DNA of 20,000 nt. Origin: an uncultured virus (IMG/VR IMGVR_UViG_3300020050_010858) (Duplodnaviria > Heunggongvirae > Uroviricota > Caudoviricetes). The notes under the pieces were generated by a model. That model worked only from the letters and a program-made list of their open reading frames with translations. It had not been told where the DNA came from and did not search any database. Positions 14,336-20,000 of the stretch are shown piece after piece. Where the stretch lies: IMG/VR virus record IMGVR_UViG_3300020050_010858. One strand, written 5' to 3'. The stretch's first letter is position 1. Each line of letters begins with the position of its first letter. Made by a program: the position numbers and the translations under genes.

Positions 14336-14724
14336 AAATTACTCTAGAAAACAATCAATTGTTCAATGAAGGAGAGCTCATTGGCACCTATGACCCAGAT
14401 CGAAATGTCCTGCATATGCCTAAACGCTTTTCTCCTAAACTTTACAAGCCCATTGAGGCCGCGGTCGGCAGGAAGCCGGAATATGATTTTGGCGCACCAA
14501 ATCCCCTAACAGAAATTCACAATCAGCAGGGTCGACAAGTGGTAAGTCAGGAGGTCCATAACCTCCCACGCGCGGGTTCGAATCCCGCCCCTGCAACCAT
14601 TTTGGAGCCGCCCCAAGATCCGCGTTACGGCGACAAAACTATTGAGTGGGCGCAATGGCTTAAGGACACAGATCCAAAAGCTTTCGAGGCCCGGTTCAAG
14701 GGCCGCAATATCACTCTCGAATAA
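14332..14724 (+). CDS. hypothetical protein (130 aa) containing a tRNA-like sequence
   Basis: ATGA overlap upstream; fills the gap before the scaffold gene. Confidence 0.7.
   Translation: MKITLENNQLFNEGELIGTYDPDRNVLHMPKRFSPKLYKPIEAAVGRKPEYDFGAPNPLTEIHNQQGRQVVSQEVHNLPRAGSNPAPATILEPPQDPRYGDKTIEWAQWLKDTDPKAFEARFKGRNITLE
14525..14599 (+). tRNA. tRNA(CAT)-like cloverleaf (Met/fMet-like, possibly degenerate)
   Basis: Acceptor AGCAGGG/CCCTGCA, D stem GAC/GTC with TGG loop, anticodon stem GGAGG/CCTCC with loop TCCATAA, T stem GCGGG/CCCGC with TTCGAAT, 3' ACCA. Confidence 0.8.
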
Positions 14725-14757
14725 ATCAACAATCAAATAGCCCGAAAGGACACCTAT

Positions 14758-15654
14758 ATGCCTGAACTAGCAGAACAACCCGCCGCATCACAACCCTCAA
14801 CACCAGCCGCCGAGATAGCCCCTCAAAGTCCGGCTGCTGCATCATCCGAATTCATCTGGTCCGGCAAGGAAGGAAAACTCTCTGATGGATGGGCCGACCA
14901 TTTGCCGGCGGAAATGAAGCCTCAAGCCTCTGCCATCGCTGCATTGGTGGACAAATACCAGGGAAACATCCCGCAGCTTCTCAAGGGCGCCTTGAACCTT
15001 CAGACGGTTGCCGGCCGGAAGATGGGCGCGCCGCAAGCAGACTGGACGCCGGAGCAGGTTTCGGAATATCGCCTCGCTCATGAAGTGCCAGAGAGTGCGG
15101 ATAAGTATGACTTGACTCCTGCGGAAGGCGCATTGCCTGAAGGCGTGACGTGGAATCCGGAGGTATTCGCACCAATTAAAAATTGGGCGCACAAAAACCA
15201 CGTATCTGCTGCGGCGCTTAAGGAGTGGACAGGCATCCAGGCAAGCGTCGATCGAGCCCGTCAGCAGGCGGCCATCGACATGGTCAACGAGGCAGACACG
15301 AAAACCATCGCTGATCTTAAGAAGGAGTTCGGAGAATCACAATTTGATAAGTCTGTGCAAGACGGATTTCGCGCGGCGAAATTCTTCGGTGTAGAAACCG
15401 ATCCAAACAAAAACCCCATTGCGAACCATCCGGAGTTTATCAAGTTCGCTGCCCGCGTTGCTAAGCAAATGGGCGAGAGCAAGCTTGCCACAATCACAAG
15501 TGGCGCCTCTGAGCAGCCCGGAAAACTTCGCGCAACAGAGATCATGAATCCGAATGGGCAAGATCCGTTGACCGCCGATTATCATGGCAAAAATGGCTAC
15601 GAAAAACAGGCAGCCGCTCAAAGGGTTCTGCATGACCTAATGGCAACTGGTTAA
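14758..15654 (+). CDS. capsid scaffolding/assembly protein
   Basis: Pro/Ala-rich N-terminus, VPESADKYDL, LKKEFG..FD, NHPEFIKF; lies between portal and capsid; AAGGA RBS. Confidence 0.8.
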   Translation: MPELAEQPAASQPSTPAAEIAPQSPAAASSEFIWSGKEGKLSDGWADHLPAEMKPQASAIAALVDKYQGNIPQLLKGALNLQTVAGRKMGAPQADWTPEQVSEYRLAHEVPESADKYDLTPAEGALPEGVTWNPEVFAPIKNWAHKNHVSAAALKEWTGIQASVDRARQQAAIDMVNEADTKTIADLKKEFGESQFDKSVQDGFRAAKFFGVETDPNKNPIANHPEFIKFAARVAKQMGESKLATITSGASEQPGKLRATEIMNPNGQDPLTADYHGKNGYEKQAAAQRVLHDLMATG

Positions 15655-15681
15655 AAATTTCGGCAGTCTTCGACGCCGATC

Positions 15682-15730
15682 GCGCCCTCTCAGGTTTTGC
15701 TTTTTTTCCCTGAGAGGGCGCTCTTTTTCT
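15682..15730 (+). terminator. intrinsic terminator after the scaffold gene
   Basis: 13-bp perfect stem GCGCCCTCTCAGG / CCTGAGAGGGCGC followed by TCTTTTTCT. Confidence 0.7.
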
Positions 15731-15738
15731 CTTAAAAA

Positions 15739-15752
15739 TCAGATTCACTTGC
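15739..15752 (+). promoter_or_regulatory. 14-bp motif TCAGATTCACTTGC, copy 2
   Basis: Intergenic, just after the terminator and upstream of the capsid gene. Confidence 0.55.
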
Positions 15753-15929
15753 GTTAGATAGTAAATCTTATTGACGACGTAATTTCTGGCACAAATCAAA
15801 TTATACCAAGGCAGACACCTTCTTTTTGAAGCCTGCTCCCGGTTCAAACCTAAGCCGAAGACCCCCACAGGGACACTCGGGAGGCATGGGAGCAGTTCAA
15901 CTTCAAAAATTTAACCAGAAGGAAATCTA

Positions 15930-16835
15930 ATGCCCGCAATTACAACGATTCCTGCGTTTTATCCAACGCAGTTCGAAACAAACTGGATGACTCTCGCCCA
16001 GCAAAAAGAGTCTCGCCTGATGTCCACTGTTACCCAACAGCGCGTCAACGGCAAAGAAAAGCGCATGAACCAGCTCGGTCAGCGCACCATGCAGCAGATC
16101 ACTGGCCGCGCTCAAGCGACCCGTATCAGCGATCAAACTACAGCCGCCCGTTGGCTCTCGCCTTATCCGTTCGACGACGCATCGTTGTTCGATCGTTGGG
16201 ATGAAGAATTCCTCGGAGAAATCGTGCTTCCTCAAAGCGATATCATATCGCAGATGGTCGCCGGTTATAATCGGTCGGTCGATCAAACAATCCTTACTGC
16301 GGCAGTCGCATCGTCCCGCACTGGAACGGACGGACTCACGCTCACAGCCCTTCCGGCTGGTCAGCTTGTAGCCGTTGATTTCGTGGAGCAAGGCACGGCT
16401 GCAAACAGCGGCATGACCATCGCGAAGCTTCGCCAGGCGAAGTATATCATGGATGTTGCCGATGTGGACGACGAGGAACGATACCTCGCCTATTCCGCAA
16501 AGCAGGTTCAGGACCTTCTTCGGACAACCGAAATCACGAACTCCGACTATAACACCATTAAGGCACTGGTCACTGGCCAGATCGACACCTACATGGGGTT
16601 CAAGTTCAAGCGCGTATCGGCGGCTCTGCTGCCTTATGTGACGGCAACGGACGTTCGTGCGTGTGTGGCTTATGCCAAGTCCGGCATCGCTCTCACCGAC
16701 ACCGGCGTAAAGGCCAGCATCGTGGTTCGCCACGACCTGTCTGATGCGCTTCAGGTTCGCGTGGAAGCCGCTTACGGCGCAACCCGCCTCGAAGAGGTCA
16801 AGGTTGTGGAAATCTTCTGTGACGAATCGCCATAG
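15930..16835 (+). CDS. major capsid protein
   Basis: 301 aa after the scaffold; LAQQKESRL, ITNSDYNTIKALVTGQIDTYMGFKF, GATRLEEVKVVEI; AAGGA RBS. Confidence 0.9.
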   Translation: MPAITTIPAFYPTQFETNWMTLAQQKESRLMSTVTQQRVNGKEKRMNQLGQRTMQQITGRAQATRISDQTTAARWLSPYPFDDASLFDRWDEEFLGEIVLPQSDIISQMVAGYNRSVDQTILTAAVASSRTGTDGLTLTALPAGQLVAVDFVEQGTAANSGMTIAKLRQAKYIMDVADVDDEERYLAYSAKQVQDLLRTTEITNSDYNTIKALVTGQIDTYMGFKFKRVSAALLPYVTATDVRACVAYAKSGIALTDTGVKASIVVRHDLSDALQVRVEAAYGATRLEEVKVVEIFCDESP

Positions 16836-16844
16836 AATCATCCG

Positions 16845-17075
16845 ATGGCCCAAACAATCTCATACAAGTTCGCAATTGATCCGGTTTCCTCTGGAGCAAC
16901 CGTCGCGCGCGACACTCTTAAAAAGGGTGTCGCGAAGAGCGAGGGCACGCATCACGAAATCATCATCAGTCCGACTTCGGCCCAGATTCAGGGCGTGTAT
17001 GGCTACCTCGGCTTAATTGCTGCAGGTAGCGATACGTCCAGTGTCGAAACCGCGATTACAGCACTCACACCATAA
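16845..17075 (+). CDS. hypothetical protein (76 aa)
   Basis: Co-oriented, 9 bp after the capsid stop. Confidence 0.65.
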   Translation: MAQTISYKFAIDPVSSGATVARDTLKKGVAKSEGTHHEIIISPTSAQIQGVYGYLGLIAAGSDTSSVETAITALTP

Positions 17076-17095
17076 CTTAGAACCACTTAAATATC

Positions 17096-17551
17096 ATGGC
17101 TACACTTCTCACTAATGTTTCCACGCAACAGGACGCTAATACCGGACCTGCAAATCGATTGGAAGGAAATCTCCTAACGGGACGGCTCGTTACCGAGATT
17201 ATAACTTACACATGCACGGCCGCTGAGGTCACCGCCGACATCATCAAGCTTACCACGCTTCCAGCAGGGGCGCGCTTGCTTGTTGATCAATGGCGCGTCG
17301 CCTGTGCGGCCCTCGGTGGCACATCGGTCGTTATCGACTCGATCGGAACTACTACCACGGCAAACGAGCTGTCTACTACGGACATCGCGGTAACCGCGGC
17401 AGCGGATTCGGCTGTGACTCCGATTGCCGGGGCGCCGTCATGGTCAGCCAAGCTTGCGGCCAACACCGCAATCTATGCAAAGCTCGGACTGTCTGTGGCA
17501 CCAACCGCAGGCGGACTGCTCTACTTCCGGATCGTCTACATACTGCCTTAA
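17096..17551 (+). CDS. putative capsid decoration/cement protein
   Basis: Ala/Thr-rich beta protein with DIIKLTTLPAGARLL; position after the capsid gene. Confidence 0.6.
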   Translation: MATLLTNVSTQQDANTGPANRLEGNLLTGRLVTEIITYTCTAAEVTADIIKLTTLPAGARLLVDQWRVACAALGGTSVVIDSIGTTTTANELSTTDIAVTAAADSAVTPIAGAPSWSAKLAANTAIYAKLGLSVAPTAGGLLYFRIVYILP

Positions 17552-17571
17552 ACGGCTCCCAACCCGACAAT

Positions 17572-17602
17572 GGCCCGCTCTCTGGGAGGGGGCGGGCCTT
17601 GT
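17572..17602 (+). terminator. GC-rich hairpin, possible weak terminator
   Basis: GGCCCGCTCTCT-GGG-AGGGGGCGGGCC followed by TTGT (short U tract). Confidence 0.45.
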
Positions 17603-17614
17603 CCATATACGAAC

Positions 17615-18016
17615 ATGAGAAAAATCTTACTCGCGGTCGCGGTTATCGGTTTCTTCGGATCGGCTTATTGCGCTGATAACCCGAATGACAACTACCTGTT
17701 CAACAGGATGCTAGAAAAGCTCACAGCCGGCGTTCCTACTTCAGGAAGTCCAGGCGCCGCAAATCAAGCGACGGCCCAGGTAGCGCTAACAACCACCGCA
17801 GCACAAGTAGTAGCTGCTCGGGCGACACGCAGAAACGTACTGATCGTCAATACAGACACAGCGATCACTGTTTACGTTGGCAATACAGGCGTCACAAGTG
17901 CCACTGGATTACCTATTCTACCGGGTCAAGGTATCACAATCCCGTCTGTTGCCGCACAGTTCGCGGTGGCAGCATCCGGAACTCCAACGGTCGCATATTT
18001 TGAGACCTATGATTAA
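17615..18016 (+). CDS. Ala/Thr-rich protein with signal-peptide-like N-terminus
   Basis: MRKILLAVAVIGFFGSAYC/AD; ATG 17615; C-terminal beta domain RRNVLIVN...VYVG. Confidence 0.7.
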   Translation: MRKILLAVAVIGFFGSAYCADNPNDNYLFNRMLEKLTAGVPTSGSPGAANQATAQVALTTTAAQVVAARATRRNVLIVNTDTAITVYVGNTGVTSATGLPILPGQGITIPSVAAQFAVAASGTPTVAYFETYD

Positions 18017-18638
18017 GCACGCCATATTTTCTCTGTTACTGGCGGGTTCTGTCTTTTCGCAGACAATTTCTAATCGCCCATTCAATCCAGCTATTCCAGG
18101 AGCCATTGGAGCAACTACGCCGGCTACTGTCGCAGCCACGACGCTATCAACGTCGTCTAACACTGTTAGTTCACTAGCATTGGGATCCGGATCTAACTCC
18201 GTGGTCGGAATCACTTTTCAAGGTGCCCGCGGCTCCATGGGGTACGATGGTGCCCAAACTTTCATCAGAGGTGGAGCTGGGAAAGGGGTGCAAATCGTAG
18301 TGGCTGACAATGTGACTGGAATGTTCATCACTGCCGCGGCAGATATCCAGATCAGCAAGACCATCACTGCGGCAGGCACCACGGGCGCCAGAACGATCAA
18401 TGGGGCCAGTGGAAGTGTGAATTTTGCAGCGGCAGCAACAAGCCTTGTGGTGACTAATTCGCTTGCGATTGCGCCGACAAGCGGCGCGACGGGGAGCATC
18501 ATAAATTGCACCGTGAATAGTAACGATTCAACTATGAAATCAGTGCAGGCCGTATGCAAGACTAATGGATCATTTACTCTTTACCCTGATGTAGCGCCCA
18601 CCGCCGAAACGCGCGTTTCCTTTTTCATCACGAACTAA
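18009..18638 (+). CDS. Gly/Ala/Thr-rich fibre-like protein with signal-peptide-like N-terminus
   Basis: MIKHAIFSLLLAGSVFS/Q; ATG 18009 overlaps the upstream gene end. Confidence 0.7.
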   Translation: MIKHAIFSLLLAGSVFSQTISNRPFNPAIPGAIGATTPATVAATTLSTSSNTVSSLALGSGSNSVVGITFQGARGSMGYDGAQTFIRGGAGKGVQIVVADNVTGMFITAAADIQISKTITAAGTTGARTINGASGSVNFAAAATSLVVTNSLAIAPTSGATGSIINCTVNSNDSTMKSVQAVCKTNGSFTLYPDVAPTAETRVSFFITN

Positions 18639-18652
18639 CGGAAGTTAATACT

Positions 18653-18967
18653 ATGCCGCCGACATCGCAAATCTTGGATCGAAGAACACACACATCTACA
18701 GACCCGGCCCCGTGGTGGATCAAGGAACTAAGGCCCTATGGATTAGCCGGCCTCTTGCTGACCGCCTCCTGCTGGTACGTGTATGTCAATGACGGAAACC
18801 AGAAGGATGCCATTAAAGCTAAAGATATCGTCATATTAGAGCAAACGGACAAAATGATTTCTGCCTATAATGGCAACTCTCAGGCCACTCTTGAGCAATC
18901 AAAGTCCACCTGGCAACTCACGTCTGCGGTGGATGAGCTTAGGAAGGAGATTCAGAACAACAAATGA
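18653..18967 (+). CDS. single-TM protein with coiled-coil C-terminus (holin or i-spanin candidate)
   Basis: TM segment YGLAGLLLTASCWYVYV followed by a helical region. Confidence 0.55.
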   Translation: MPPTSQILDRRTHTSTDPAPWWIKELRPYGLAGLLLTASCWYVYVNDGNQKDAIKAKDIVILEQTDKMISAYNGNSQATLEQSKSTWQLTSAVDELRKEIQNNK

Positions 18968-19149
18968 AAACTGCCATTCTTCTCCTAATCCTGCTCTTGA
19001 CTGGGTGCGCGGTGAATAACGAGGGCAGTGCTTACTTACAGACTCCAAAGATCAGCGCGCGCATTCCGCATCTAAATGTAATTCTTTGGGGATATGGAGT
19101 AGTTGGATTTTCAAGAATAGATCCGGACCACGAAACCTTGGCTAAATAA
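18964..19149 (+). CDS. small lipoprotein (o-spanin candidate)
   Basis: MKTAILLLILLLTG/C lipobox; ATGA overlap. Confidence 0.6.
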   Translation: MKTAILLLILLLTGCAVNNEGSAYLQTPKISARIPHLNVILWGYGVVGFSRIDPDHETLAK

Positions 19150-19150
19150 A

Positions 19151-19774
19151 ATGCCTGTCTCTGTATCGGAAACCACAATTGCAAACCTCGCGCTTGCTGA
19201 AATAAGCTCTCACGAGATTACAAATATTGCAGATGCGACCGCTCCCGCTCGATGGTGCCGTCGATTTTATTCGCAAAGTCGGGATGAAATGCTGCGGGCT
19301 CATCCGTGGAATTTTGCAATGAAGCGCATGGAACTCAGCGAGTTATCAACTACGCCTGTCAATGAGTGGGCGCATCAATACGCGCTGCCGGACGACTACA
19401 TTTCTATTTATCAGCTCAACGAATTCAATTGTTGGAATTACAGCTATGTGCCCGGCGGCGATAAGTTGTTTCAAATCGAGGGCGGCGCTCTTCTTACGAA
19501 TGCCGAGATTGCGAGTATCCGGTACGTCTTCCAGCAAACGGACACGACCAAGTTCGATCCCCTGTTTGTCACAGCCATTTCGCTGCTGCTCGCCTCCAAG
19601 ATAGCCAAGCCGATTACAGGAAACGATGGCACTGCGCTGATTCAGCGCTATGAGCAAATCGCCCTTCCTCGAGCAATGAAATACGATGCCAGGGAAGACA
19701 AGCCGCATGTGATTTCCCCGATTGAAACGAGCGAACTTGTGCGCTCAAGGTATTATTCGACCATCAGCTACTAA
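19151..19774 (+). CDS. tail tubular protein A / adaptor (T7 gp11-like)
   Basis: IANLAL.EI, RDEMLRAHPWNFA, YALPDD, FDPLF..AI..LLA. Confidence 0.85.
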   Translation: MPVSVSETTIANLALAEISSHEITNIADATAPARWCRRFYSQSRDEMLRAHPWNFAMKRMELSELSTTPVNEWAHQYALPDDYISIYQLNEFNCWNYSYVPGGDKLFQIEGGALLTNAEIASIRYVFQQTDTTKFDPLFVTAISLLLASKIAKPITGNDGTALIQRYEQIALPRAMKYDAREDKPHVISPIETSELVRSRYYSTISY

Positions 19775-20000
19775 TGCCAATCGCCCAATTGCTTCCAGCT
19801 TTCAATGCGGGCGAGTTGTCGCCCCTGCTCGACGCTCGTGTCGACATCGAGAAGTATGTGTCAGGTTGTCGGGAGTTGGAAAATTTTATCACTACGCCTT
19901 ATGGCCCGAATATGCGGCGCCCAGGAACGGAGTTGGCGGGTGAAGTAAAAGACTCCACCCAAAAACCCCGCCTAATTCCTTTCGTTTTTTCTGATGCTAC
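19774..20000 (+). CDS. tail tubular protein B / nozzle (T7 gp12-like), 3'-truncated; not in the ORF track
   Basis: Hand translation MPIAQLLPAFNAGELSPLLDARVDIEKYVSGCRELENFITTPYGPNMRRPGT; TAATG overlap with the upstream stop. Confidence 0.85.
   Translation, partial: MPIAQLLPAFNAGELSPLLDARVDIEKYVSGCRELENFITTPYGPNMRRPGTELAGEVKDSTQKPRLIPFVFSDA

Noticed and set aside
14525..14599. tRNA-like sequence as a prophage att site
   Set aside because: It sits mid-way through an intact morphogenesis operon, with no duplicated 3' end or integrase in the window.
15927..16853. 308-aa minus-strand ORF
   Set aside because: Antisense shadow of the major capsid gene with no recognisable motifs.
1..20000. Integron integrase, other recombinase or reverse transcriptase
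   Set aside because: No ORF of suitable size shows tyrosine-recombinase R-H-R-Y, serine-recombinase or RT motifs; one may lie outside the window.

Overview
This window is part of a tailed dsDNA phage or prophage with a podovirus-type morphogenesis module; every supportable gene is on the + strand. Layout: replication/recombination genes (1-3130); an accessory region of small ORFs including two DNA methyltransferases, DUF1643, a Lar-like protein and an HTH protein (3156-10043); then terS, terL, portal, scaffold, major capsid, signal-peptide/membrane proteins and tail tubular proteins A and B (10132-20000). Main observation: 3940-9106 is built like an integron gene-cassette array, with nine complete attC-like hairpins, two half-sites and two bare core junctions, and no integrase in the window. 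The sites lie on the minus strand, antisense to the genes. Each cassette's own two ends are 7-11 bp complementary. The AAC core is either part of a stop codon or an in-frame Asn in every ORF that crosses it. Also seen: a tRNA(CAT)-like cloverleaf inside a CDS (14525-14599), a RusA-like resolvase split over two overlapping frames, and an exact 14-mer shared by two late-gene intergenic regions. All family calls come from motif recognition by eye, not database searches.
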